From assembly GCA_043228905.1 (NCBI GenBank), contig JBHGNT010000011.1, forward strand, positions 5,456,001-5,520,000: a stretch of 64,000 bases of DNA. The letters are read 5' to 3'. The notes beneath the pieces are model-generated. The model was not told the DNA's origin. It searched no databases and was given only the letters and a program-made list of their open reading frames with translations. The stretch's first letter is position 1; each line of letters opens with the position of its first letter. The stretch comes from Azolla caroliniana. Its lineage: Eukaryota; Plantae; Polypodiophyta. The position numbers were made by a program, and so were the translations under genes. Below are positions 36,765 to 48,500 of this stretch, one piece after another.

Positions 36765-38633
36765 GCGTGCGTTTGATATATAAGATGTTTTGCATTGTAG
36801 CGGAAATGTAAACAAGCTTGCCAAATTTGAGTGCATTGATAATGGATTGGTTTTTCCAAGACCTCATAAGAAGCAAGAATCAATATGGTCTAAACTCAAT
36901 TTCAAGCATGACAAGCCTCTTGCAAACTTAAAAGACTACATTGATATCTCAAATGATGATCAACTTGTTTTTGCACTTAAAGAAGGTTTAAAAGAAGCCC
37001 AAATTTTATGTGAGTCGTTAAATATAAAGCCTAAACACAATGGGCAATGGTGGAATTATCCCGGGATTGAGGCAAAACAATCCTTGAGTTATATATCTGG
37101 AGAGAAAGATGATGAAGAATGTGCTGAACACAATAAAAACTTCACAATGCATGAAGGTGTGGAGAATGATGATGAGATTGCAATAAGTGAAATTCGCCAT
37201 GAATTGGATGCTATATTGGATGACAACAACGTGAACTCTAAAGTCTCTTCATTTGTTCAAGTGGATGATAAGATTATATTTAAATCGACACTTGTGAGTC
37301 ATCTAAATGGTAATCCAACATTGTCAAAGGATAGACTCACACGTGTAAGAGAAGGGGTCTTCTACTCATGTGAGAATGCAAATGATTTCCTAAATGGAAA
37401 TGGGAACCTAATTGGGATTGGTTCAGATTGTGTTGTATTCTTTACTGAAGAAGATGTTAATTCAACAAGACCGAAAAGAAAAGGAATATCAAATAAAAAT
37501 GTTGTTTGGTACTTAGGACGAGTACAAACGATGCGAAGAAAGATTGGAAATAAATTTGTGGAGTATAAGAGAGGGATTGACTTGATGGATAGACTTGAAG
37601 ATGTTCAATTACAACTTGGTTGGTATAGGAAGATTAAGGGGAGTAGATTATTTGCATATGATTTGACAGATATTAAAATGGTTGACTTTGAGTCAATTAT
37701 TGGATTAGCGAACCTCACATATAATGCAAAATATGATAACTATCTGTTAGATGAAAGCGATTGTAAAGTTTTCAACGATTTTCTTTTGGAAATGAAATCC
37801 AGGTATGTATATATAAGCTGTTTTGAATTATATACTTGCATACATGTACATATATAATATATATTAAAGTAACTTAATATTTATGCTTTTTATTTTAATA
37901 GGAAAAGGAGAAAAGAGTAGAAACCAAATATAAACCTACCGTATTCCAAATATATTTTTTGATTTCTTTACTTCCATGTATATTAAGATAATATTTACTA
38001 CCATGTATATTAAGATTTCTTGCTTTTGTTGTTACATTTTATGATATAGGTCCAATGTTGAAGATGGAAACGACATGAAATTTACAGCCTAAAATGAACT
38101 TGTTAAGGTTTTCTTTTTATATACTCAATCTTTATAAGGGTAACCTTTATTGCAATAAGTTTTTTAAGTAGATATTGCAATAACAAAATGATTTATTTTA
38201 TTTTATTTTGATTTGGGTAAGAGTATGTGAATAGATGATGTCTTACATTTCAAATGGAAATATGAAGTAGGTGAGAAAAAATAATATTATGGCTTTATAT
38301 GAGTCTATATCCATGAAACCAAACATAATGTTAAATTGTTAGTAATTTCATTATTGATATGCATTTTGGATTGTTCCATATGTGCTCTTTGAGATGTATG
38401 TGTTAAGTTCAAGATTGTCTTATTGTAAATTACATTGTTTTTTATCACTCAATGTTCTTCATACGTCTCAATAAACTAAAACAAAAACTTATATGTGGCT
38501 TGTATATGTTATACCTGTAGTGTTTTTGGGTAATGTTTCCTAATTGTGTGTACATTACTTTGTACTTTACACATTGTGTTTTCAATCTATGTGGCACTTG
38601 ATGAAGCATTTCTAGGAATTTGCATATGATGTT

Positions 38634-38696
38634 TGTAAAGAATCAAGAGATGGATTCTTGTGAAGCGGAAGAGATGTGAGTTATGTGTGTGTGTAA

Positions 38697-38737
<41 letters not shown>

Positions 38738-41700
38738 ACACAGAGAATACGCAAGGTAAAAGTATATTGACAAAGGAGAAAGACTCAACATAATACAAGG
38801 TGGGAGGAGGGTGCTTTATGTAGTCACCCTCTCTCTTCATTAACTACAAGCCTCATGGAGCATGGGGAATGTGAAAGCTCATAAGTTATGTGTCATAGAA
38901 TATGATTCTATGACTCATGGCAAATGCTAGAATACAAAGTGGTGACATAATGGTGACTCTTGACCGTTGGAGTGTCTCTTCACTCTCAAGGTGAGTTCAC
39001 ACACTAGACCAAGTTGAGCTTGATTCTCAACACGCCCCCTCAAGCTCAAGTCGGGTCGGTTTTAGATGGTATCCGAAATCCGCTTCAACTCGCGTTCCGG
39101 AGTCCGCGTCGGCTTGCTTTATGCGGAGTTGCGGAATCCGTGCTACAGCTTGCGTTGTGCGTAGTTGCGAAGTCTGTGCTTTGGCTTGTGTCTTTCTTCG
39201 CGGCTTTGCGCGGTAGATCGGCTCTTCGTTGCTTTGTTGCGTGGTTGCAGAATCCACGTGTTATTGCATAGTGTCTTCAGTACTCCCCCTCAAGCTTGGC
39301 AGGTCAGGGATCGTCAATCCGAGATCGGTCATGAATTGCCATAGCTTGTCAGCTCCTAAAGCTTTAGTGAAGATGTCGGCTGTTTGAAGATTGGTGCTAA
39401 TGTGTTGTAGGTCGACATCGCCAGCCAGAACGCGCTCTCGGATGAAGTGATCGTGTACTTCGATGTGTTTTGTCTGCGCGTGGAACAACGGGTTCCGAGC
39501 CAGATAGATACTGCTCATGTTGTCGCAGCAAAGGGAAGTCGGATCCTTGATGGGTACGCCCAGATCCTTCAAAATCCTCTTGACCCACACAACTTCACAC
39601 GCAGCTACGATTGCGCCCCTGTATTCCGCCTCCGTACTCGAAAGAGCGACGGTAGGCTGCTTCTTGCTACTCCAGGATATTTCTCCGTTGCTGAGGGAGA
39701 AAACAAATCCGGAGGTTGCTCTTCTATCAGCTTTGTAGCCGGCCCAATCGGCGTCAGTGTACCCCTCGAGTCGTATTGGCATCGTGGTCTTGTAGAGGAT
39801 GCCGCAATCCATTGTGCCGCACACGTAGCGTAGAACTCGCTTAGCGCAATCCAAGTGAGTATCACACGGTGTTTGCATGAATTGGCTAAGGAGACCGACC
39901 GGATAACTGAGATCGGGTTGTGTGATCGTGAGGTAGATGAGACTCCCGATGAGTTGCCGATACTGAGTCGTCTCACACGCTTTGGTGCTGGAGTTCGCAT
40001 CTAGTTTGAGATTGCGATCGAGCGGGGTTGCCACGGATTTGCACTCAACCATCCCGAACTTGTATAACAAGTTGAGGATGTAGTGCCGTTGAGAGATCAT
40101 GATTCCGACCGGAGTCCAAATTACCTTGATGCTGAGGAAGTAGTGGAGCTCGTTCATGTCCGTCATCTCGAACTTGTCAGAAAGGAGGGATTTGACCTTA
40201 TTGATTTCGACGAGATGCTCACCTCCAATGACTAGGTCATCCACATATAAAATGATGACGATCGGACTTGCGGAATCGCTTCGTATGTAGAGGGAGTTGT
40301 CCGATTTTGACATACAGAAGCCGATTTGATGAAGATATTGCGTTATCTTCGAATGCCAAGCACGCGGTGCTTGCTTGAGGCCGTAGAGTGGCTTATTGAG
40401 TCGGCAAACAACTTTCGGATGGGTGCTTGAGTTGAAGCCGGGTGGTTGGATCATGTACACCTCCTCTTCTAATTCGCATTGTAGAAAGGCGTTCTTGACG
40501 TCCATTTGATGGAGGTGCCACCCTTTCGCCGTGGCAATCGCAATTACGGTCCGCACCGTCGTCATCTTTGCCACCGGGGCAAAGGTCTCTTCGTAGTCGA
40601 CGCCATGCGTCTGAGTGTATCCTTTTGCTACGAGTCGAGCTTTGTAGCGGTTTACGGAGCCATCGGCGTTATACTTCACCTTGTAGATCCATCTGCATCC
40701 GATCGCCTTTTTGTGTGGTGAGGTGGGAACGAGATCCCACGTCTCGTTCTTCCGTAGTGCCTGCATCTCTTCGTTCATTGCTTCGATCCATCGCGGGTCC
40801 TTTGCGGCTTCCGAAAAGGTTTCTGGCTCCCGTACTGTCGCTACCTTCATCATAAAGGAGTAATGGTACGCCTTATAATCGATGTAGCCGAAACGGCTTA
40901 CGGGGTTCTTTTCCCGAGTAGATTGGCGGAGTTTTTGATTTGCAAAGATGAGGGCTTTCTTAGCTCCGATTGGTACATCGAAGCCGCCGAACTCACTGTC
41001 GAGTGAGTGAGTCGATTCATCGTCGTCGAAGCGATCTTCTTTGTATTCCGCCATTTTCGCCTTGCCTTTGTCCATCTTCGGGCTAAGCCGTGATGTGCTT
41101 TGATCGCTCAAAGGCTCTTGTTGTCTGCTCAGTGAGGTTGTGATCGGACTTTCTTTGATCATGCGCGTAGGGCGATCTTCATCCTCGATCTCTTGTTCGG
41201 CAGATTCCCGGTGGAGCGGAGTCGGAGGCGAAGTTGTCTCTGGTGCGTACTAGGATGCGAACTTGTTAAAAAAGACATCTCGACTTACTCGAGATTTTCG
41301 AGTTGAGGGGTTGTAGCACTTGTACCCCTTTTGCTCCAGTGAGTATCCTACGAGGATACATTTCTCCAACTTTGGGTCAAGCTTTTTACGCTTCTCATCG
41401 GGGATGTGCACGTACGCTATCGCGCCGAATATCCGTATGTGCGATAAGTCCGACTTCTTTCCGAAGTATTTTTCGTGCGGAGTGACCTCGTGCATGCCGG
41501 ATGTTTTGCACCGGTTCATTAGGTAGACGTCCGTATTTGTAGCTTTGGCCCAATATGACTTGGGCATATACTTCTCGTTCATCATGGCCCGCACTATTTC
41601 GAGGATGTGCTGATTTTTGCGCTCGGCTACTCTGTTTTGTAGCGGAGTGTGTCAGCAAGTGAATTCTCGTCGAATTCCTTCCTTATGTAGATACGCCGTG

Positions 41701-43765
41701 AAATTGTCTGAGAAGTACTCCTTGCCGCCATCCGATCGAAGGCAGCGTACATGTCGGCCCGTGGCTTTCTTGACTTCATTCTTGAAACTTTGGAAGTGTC
41801 CGAACACTTCACTCTTTTGCCGCATCGGGTAGATCCAAGTGTGCCTAGTGAAGTCGTCGATGAAGAGCCCGTAATATCGGCATTCGCCGAATGTAGCCAT
41901 TTGCGCCGGTCCCCATATGTCGGAATGGACTACGTCGAGTAGACCTTTGCTCACGTTCCGCTCTTTCGGGAATGGGTGTCGGTGTTGCTTGCCAAATTAG
42001 CACGCTTCGCATACACCTTCAATCTCCTTCTCTTTGATGTCGGGAGTCCAATGACGACTCCTTTCGATTTCATTGCTTTGAGTTTGTTGAGATTGATGTG
42101 GCCGATTCGCTTGTGCCATAGCTCTATGTCGGAGTCCGCCTTCGTGTTTTTCGCGAACATGGAGGATTTCATCTCGCGTGAATCGAGAATGAACATCTGG
42201 CCCTCTCTTCGTCCGCGTGCGATGAGTCGACCCTCTTTTTCGATGAAGGAACCGCCTTGATTAAATCGAACTTGCATCCCTTGCTCTACAATTTGGTCGA
42301 CGGAGACCAAATTCTTCGTAATGGTTGGTACATGCAAGACATTTTCAATGTAATTTTGCTTACCTTCTTTTTGAACGGAACATTGCCAATGTGCCGAATC
42401 AGGTGCGTAGTGTCATCTCCAGTTTCGACATAGCCGGGTCGGTCCGGCTCTCGAAGCTCTCGGAACCATTCTTGATGGGATGTCGACGAACCATACGTCT
42501 TCTGGACCGGAGGCACTAGTTGAGGTAGCGGCCGACATAGAGTTTGCTCTATGTTTTTCATCATGAACATTCCGCCACGGTCGGAGTTGTGCGCATACAT
42601 TCCGCCACGATCTTCATAGTCGGAGTTATGCCCATACATTTCGCCACGGTCGGAGTTGTGTGCATAATTCGTGAGTTGTCGGCTTGTGGAAGCCGATTCA
42701 CACATCTTCTTTTGGCACTCTTCTTCGTGGTGGCCGAGCTTTCCGCAATATCTGCATTCATTTGCGTTTTGACGGCTCGGGCCAGAGTGGAAGCTCCCCC
42801 TTCTTGCGAAGGTTCCTCATTGGCCTCCGTTTTGCGGCCGAAATTGGGAGTTGTTATCGTAGGTCGGACCTGGTCCGCCTTGTCCTTGGCCGAATCGGCC
42901 TCTCGCTCGTCCGCGTCCTCTTCCTCCATTAGAGTGCGTGTAGAGCATGTGGCCTTCCGACTCATTGCTCCTTGTATGCACGTGGTTTTATTTGACCAAT
43001 AGCATTGATTGGAGCTCGAAGAAGGAGGGAGATGTCTCCCGTGCTAGAACAACGGTTCACATCGCCCCGAACCGTGGTGCGAGGCCGCGGAGGCATATTT
43101 GCACAATCTCATCATCATCTATACTTACGCTTATTGAGCCGAGCGAGTCACAAAGCTCCTTGATCTTCAAGGTGTATGTCGTGATGGACATGTCCCTTTG
43201 TTGAATGTTGTTCAACTCTTGGCGGAGTTGAAGCTTCCTCGCGGTCGTGTTGACGGCGAAAATCTTTCGTAGATTTTCGCACGCTTCCTTCGGCGTCTTG
43301 TCTTCTCGAATGTTACCAAGCATGTGGTCGTGAACACATGTGACCAAACAATACATCACGCGGCTTGCGGCTTGCTCCCATGTTGCGTATCCGGGAGCCA
43401 CTTTGGCGGGTCGGTCTTCATGCACTCCTTTGATGTAGCTCCAATAGCCTTGTCCGACAAGGTATTGGTGCATCTTGTACTCCCAAGATGCAAAGTTGTT
43501 TCGATCCAACTTCTCGGTAGGGAGAGTGCTCCCCATTTGAGTATTCATTATGTCGATTCTTCTTCTTCTTCTTCTCTCTTCGAATGCGAGCTATGTAGCG
43601 AAGGTACGATAGCGATGAGCCGGTTCTTGGTCGTCGGCGTAGAGCACAACACACGATCACGATGAGGCGAATGGGCTAGATCGAGCTACCAAATCGCTCT
43701 GATACCATGTAAAGAATCAAGAGATAGATTCTTGTGAAGCGGAAGAGATGTGAGTTATGTGTGTG

Positions 43766-43800
<35 letters not shown>

Positions 43801-43959
43801 GTGAAACATGTAAAGAATCAAGAGATAGATTCTTGTGAAGCGGAAGAGATGTGAGTTATGTGTGTGTGTAAGAGAGAGAGAGAGAGAGAGTGAGTGAAAC
43901 ATGTAAAGAATCAAGAGATAGATTCTTGTGAAGCGGAAGAGATGTGAGTTATGTGTGTG

Positions 43960-44013
<54 letters not shown>

Positions 44014-44308
44014 ACACAGAGAATACGCAAGGTAAAAGTATATTGACAAAGGAGAAAGACTCAACATAATACAAGGTGGGAGGAGGGTGCTTTATGTAGT
44101 CACCCTCTCTCTTCATTAACTACAAGCCTCATGGAGCATGGGGAATGTGAAAGCTCATAAGTTATGTGTCATAGAATATGATTCTATGACTCATGGCAAA
44201 TGCTAGAATACAAAGTGGTGACATAATGGTGACTCTTGACCGTTGGAGTGTCTCTTCACTCTCAAGGTGAGTTCACACACTAAACCAAGTTGAGCTTGAT
44301 TCTCAACA
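38634..44308 (-). mobile_element. Ty1/copia family B, copy 1 (full length, frameshifted)
   Basis: LTRs 38634-39032 and 43708-44308; 5-bp TSD ATGTT; PBS iMet (GCTCTGATACCA, 43696-43707); gag-PR-IN-RT-RH. Confidence 0.95.
39261..43548 (-). pseudogene. pol: Copia B1 gag-pol
   Basis: Gag from 43548; WHKRIGH; HSDIWGP, LRSDGGKEY; RYKARLVAKG, LYVDD, YTDADWAG, KHIEV. Confidence 0.95.
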
Positions 44309-44587
44309 ATGTTTAATGTCGATTCATAATTTTGCGAGTCGTCAATTGTAAAGATGGTCCTTGATCCCTTCTAGGATTGCAACCTATGTGTGCATGTATA
44401 TTTTATATGTAAGGGTATTTAAAATGGGTGGTTATCAAAAAATATTTTGGTAATAAGGGGTATTTTTATTAATCTTTGTTCTACACAAGGGTTACTAAAA
44501 TAGTAAAAATCATACGTGTAAGGGGTTTATAAATGATGTCATGAACGCACATGATACAACCTTCTTATGTATAGTGGAGTCCCCGGG

Positions 44588-45590
44588 GTCTACGTTGATG
44601 ATTTGACCTTGATCTCTAACTCTAAATCTTATCTAACTATTGCAAAAAAGGAACTTGCATGTGTCTTTCCTATCACCGATTTAAGCCCTATGACACATTT
44701 ACCAGGCATAAAAGTAACTCAAAATAGAACAAATCATACTATCTCATTGTTACCATCAAACTATATTAATTCTATTCTCCAAATATTTGATATGCTCCAT
44801 AGTAAGCCCATTAGTACTCCTCTTACCTCTCCATGTAAACTTTCAAATGATGATTCTTCCAAAAATGAATGAGAAATTTTTGAAATGAAGGATGTACTCT
44901 ATAAACAAATCCTTGGGTGTATAAGATATCTAGTAAGTTGCACATGTCCCGATATTTGCTTTGCTGTCGGTTTTCTTTCGTGTTTCATGGCTAATCTAGG
45001 ACCAAAGCATTGGATCACGCTCAAATGATTATTATGATATTTGAAGCATACTCAACATTATGCGTTGAGTTACTCGATCACACAATCTAAGTCAACCACA
45101 CTTGTGCAAGGATGGACAAACCCCTCCAACCAACTAATTGGTTGGTTGGACTCCAATTGAGGGGGAGATGTGGACGACCACAAGTCGACAGGTGGTTATG
45201 TTTACACACTAGCTGGCACTGTAATTTTGTGGAAGTTGACGAAACAAACTATCATAGCATTGTCATCCATCGAAGCTGAATATGTTGCCGGTGTTTTAGT
45301 GGCCAAACAAGGCATATGGATTAAAGCTATGCTCAGGGAATTTAAACTATTTACTATTCCAATAGTGACGTTGTTTTGTGATAATCAATCTTGCATCAAG
45401 TTAGCCAACAATCCGAAGATGAGTGACAATATACGTCATGTGGACTTAAAACATCATTTTCTTCGTGATCTCATTGAAACAAAGAGGATATAACTAAAGT
45501 TTGCTGCCACTCATCAAATGTGGGCTGATTTTCTAACGAAACCTCTTCAACATTCTAAACACATTATTTGTTGCAAACAAGTTGGATTAA
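44588..45590 (+). pseudogene. pol: Copia A pol, 3' part (RT C-terminal half, RNase H)
   Basis: VYVDDL..., STGGYVY, SSIEAEY, CDNQSCI, HVDLKHHF. Confidence 0.9.
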
Positions 45591-48500
45591 GTGATGTAAT
45601 TGAAGACAAAAATAAAAAACCACACTTCTAGAAAATTTTGCTTAAGGGGGAGTGCGGAAAATAATAAGCGAAACAGTAAATTAATAATATTAATATTAAG
45701 AGACTCTAGTGGCAAATGAATAGATGGTTGATGTGGAAAACGAAGACCATTGTCTATTTTGGTAAAGGATGAGTGACGATGGTGTCGGGGGAAGAAGCGG
45801 AATTTCATGAGGGGATTAAGAGAGTAGTGTCATTATGTTTTTGTTTGGTATTGTTGAGAATCAAGCTCAACCTAGCTTTGTGTGTGAACACACCCTTTGA
45901 GAATCTATGAGCACTCAAAGGTCAAAAGTCACACCACCACTCTCTACACGTTAACTATGTGTCATAGAATCATATTCTAAGACATATAACTAATGAGTTC
46001 TATATTCCCCATGACTAATGAGTCTTCACATTCCTCAAGGTTCTAGAGAGAGAGTGGACATTGTAGTGAGTTAATGAAGAGAGAGACCGATATTAAATAA
46101 AGCACCCTCCTACTTCATAGAGTGTCATTCGTAACTCATTGTAATGCTACATTTTTGTATCTCACATTCTCCTTGGGAATATACACCTTCTTCTTGAGTA
46201 TTCTATTTTCCATTCTATTTAATCTATCTTGTGTTTTCTCTTCTCTCCTCTCTTTCCTCTCACACATAGACATAACACACATTTCTTCCGCTGCACAAGA
46301 ATCATACCTGATTCTTTACTTGGTATCAAAGCAATTTGGTAGCTCGATCTAACTCTTTCGCGTGTGTTGTGTCCTATGCTGACGTTCAAGAAGAACCGAC
46401 TAATCGCTATCGCAGTGCGACTACATAGCTCGTGTTCAAGAGAGAAGGAAAAGAAGAAGGAAATCGTCATTGACAATTATGAATACTCAAATGGGGAGTG
46501 CTCTCCCTAGCAAGAAGTTAGATAGAAACAACTTTGCATCTTAGGAGTTCAAGATGCACCAATACCTTGTCGGTCAAGGATATTGGAGCTACATCAAAGG
46601 AGCACAAGAAAATCGACCTGACCCGAAAGAGGTCGACTACTCAACATGGGAGCAAGCGGCAAGGCGAGTGATGTATTGCTTGGCGACATGTGTTCATGAC
46701 TAGCAATGGGCCCGGTTCGGCTCGGTTTCTTGGCCTTGAAACCAAACCAAACCAAACCAAACCAAACCAAACCAAACCAAACCAAACCAAACCAAACCAA
46801 ACCATTTATTAATAATAAAAACCCAACCAAACTGTTTTAAAATTTATGAAGCCATTTAAACCGAACCGTTAAACCAGATCGTTTAAAACCAAACAGTTTA
46901 CGAAAAATTTAAAACCAAACCAAACCAGTTTATCATAAATCAAAACCAAACCAAACCAATTTTATTGATATTAATCATTATACTTATTATAAATTTGTGT
47001 GAGAAAATCATCATAAATTTATTCATCATACTCATCATAAATTTATTCATCATACTCATCATAAATTTTGTCATCATACTTATCATAAAATTTGTCATCA
47101 TACTAAACATAAATTTGGTCATCATACTAATCATAAATTTGATCAATATACTTATCATAATTGATCATCATAAACGAAAAAGAGACTCTACACATAATAC
47201 ATATAAAATTTAATAAGTTAAAACAAGAGTTTAAAATTAAAACTTGAAAGTTAGAGCCTGTAAAGAATCAAGAGATAGATTCTTGTGAAGCGGAAGAGAT
47301 ATGAGTTATATGTGTGTATGAGAGAGAGAGAGAGAGAGTGAGAGAGAGACAAGGAATACACAAGGTAAAAGTATATTGACAAAGGAGAAAGACTCAACAT
47401 TATACAAGGTGGAAGGAGGGTGCTTTATGTAGTCACCCTCTCTCTTCATTAACTACAAGAGTCATGGAGCATGGGGAATGTGAAAGCTCATAAGTTATGT
47501 GTCATAGAATATAATTCTATGACTCATACTAAATGCTAGAATACAAAGTGGTGACATAATGGTGACTCTTGACCGTTGGAGTGTCTCTTCACTCTCAAGG
47601 TGAGTTCACACACTAGACCAAGTTAAGATTGATTCTCAACACGCCCCCTCAAGCTCAAGTCAGGCCGGTTTCAGACGTTATCCGAAATCCGCTTCAACTT
47701 GCGTTACAGAGTCCGCCTCGACTTGCTTTATGCGGAGTTGCGGAATCCGTGCTCCAGCTTGCGCTGTGCATAGTTACGAAGTCTATGCTTCGGCTTGCAT
47801 CTTTCTTCGCGGCTTTGCGTGGTAGATCGGCTCTTTGCTGCTTATTGCGTAGTGCACGGTTGTGGAATCTACGCGTTATTGCGTAGTGTCTTTAGTACTC
47901 CCCCTCAAGCTTGGCAGGTCAGGGATCGTCAATCCGAGATCGGTCATGAATTGCCATAACTTGTCGGCTCCTAAGGCTTTAGTGAAGATGTCGGCCGTTT
48001 GAAGATTGGTGCTAATGTGTTGTAGGTCGACATCGCCAGCCAGAACGCGCTCTCAGATGAAGTGATAATGCACTTCGATGTGCTTTGTCCGCGCGTGGAA
48101 CACCGGGTTCCGAGCCAGATAGATACTGCTCATGTTGTCGCAGTAAAGGGAAGTCGGATCCTTGATGGGTACGCCAAGATCCTTCAAAATCCTCTTGAGC
48201 CATGCGGATTCACATGCAGCTACGGGTGCACCCCTGTATTCCGCCTCCGTACTCGAAAGAGCGACGGTAGGCTGCGTCTTGCTACTCCAGGATATTGCTC
48301 CGCTGCTGAGGGAGAAAACAAATCCGGAGGTTGATCTTCTATTAGCTTTGTAGCCGACCCAATCGACGTCTGTGTACCCCTCGAGTCGTATTGGCATCGC
48401 GGTCTTATAGAGGATGCCGCAATCCATTGTGCTGCTCACGTAGCGTAGAACTCGCTTAGCGCAATCCAAGTGAGTATCACGCAGTGTTTGCATGAATTGG

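Larger units (their letters stand above)
32156..37920 (+). pseudogene. P-element-like DDE transposase, interrupted by an LTR element (33392-36764) and one in-frame TAA (36781); predicted terminal intron 37803-37901
   Basis: IFEDET (D1), GHALDGD (D2), DQDFIHNGKK (DxxH), DRQN and GSDGAEIFFS (E). After removing the insert it reads MERAFDI*DVLHCSG in frame with ORF 36790-37857. The N-terminus was not located. Confidence 0.8.
13057..44587 (+). mobile_element. Large TIR DNA transposon with P-element-like transposase (31.5 kb including nested elements)
   Basis: 8-bp TSD GTCTACGT at 13049-13056 and 44588-44595. Termini CATGGGGACTTCACT / AGTGGAGTCCCCGGG (12/15 inverted match). Removing it restores copia RT 'VIIGVYVDDL'. 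Transposase at 32156-37920. Confidence 0.85.
3894..45700 (+). mobile_element. Ty1/copia LTR retrotransposon A (old, decayed; outermost host of the nest)
   Basis: 5' LTR starts TGTAGAAAACAATAAGCCAAATAGTAAATTAATAATATT (3894) and matches the 3' LTR start TGCGGAAAAATAATAAGCGAAACAGTAAATTAATAATATT (45653) after PPT AAGGGGGAG. PBS TGGTATTAGAGCC at 9735. Domain order gag-PR-IN-RT-RH. The 3' LTR matches only ~45 bp (truncated). Confidence 0.85.

Noticed and set aside
13057-44587. hAT assignment based on the 8-bp TSD
   Set aside because: The transposase has DxxH and SDxxExFFS rather than hAT CxxH, TRWN and the C-terminal dimerisation motif.
46738-46803. Telomere-like repeat
   Set aside because: (AAACC)n is the subterminal repeat of the hAT-type element, not TTTAGGG.
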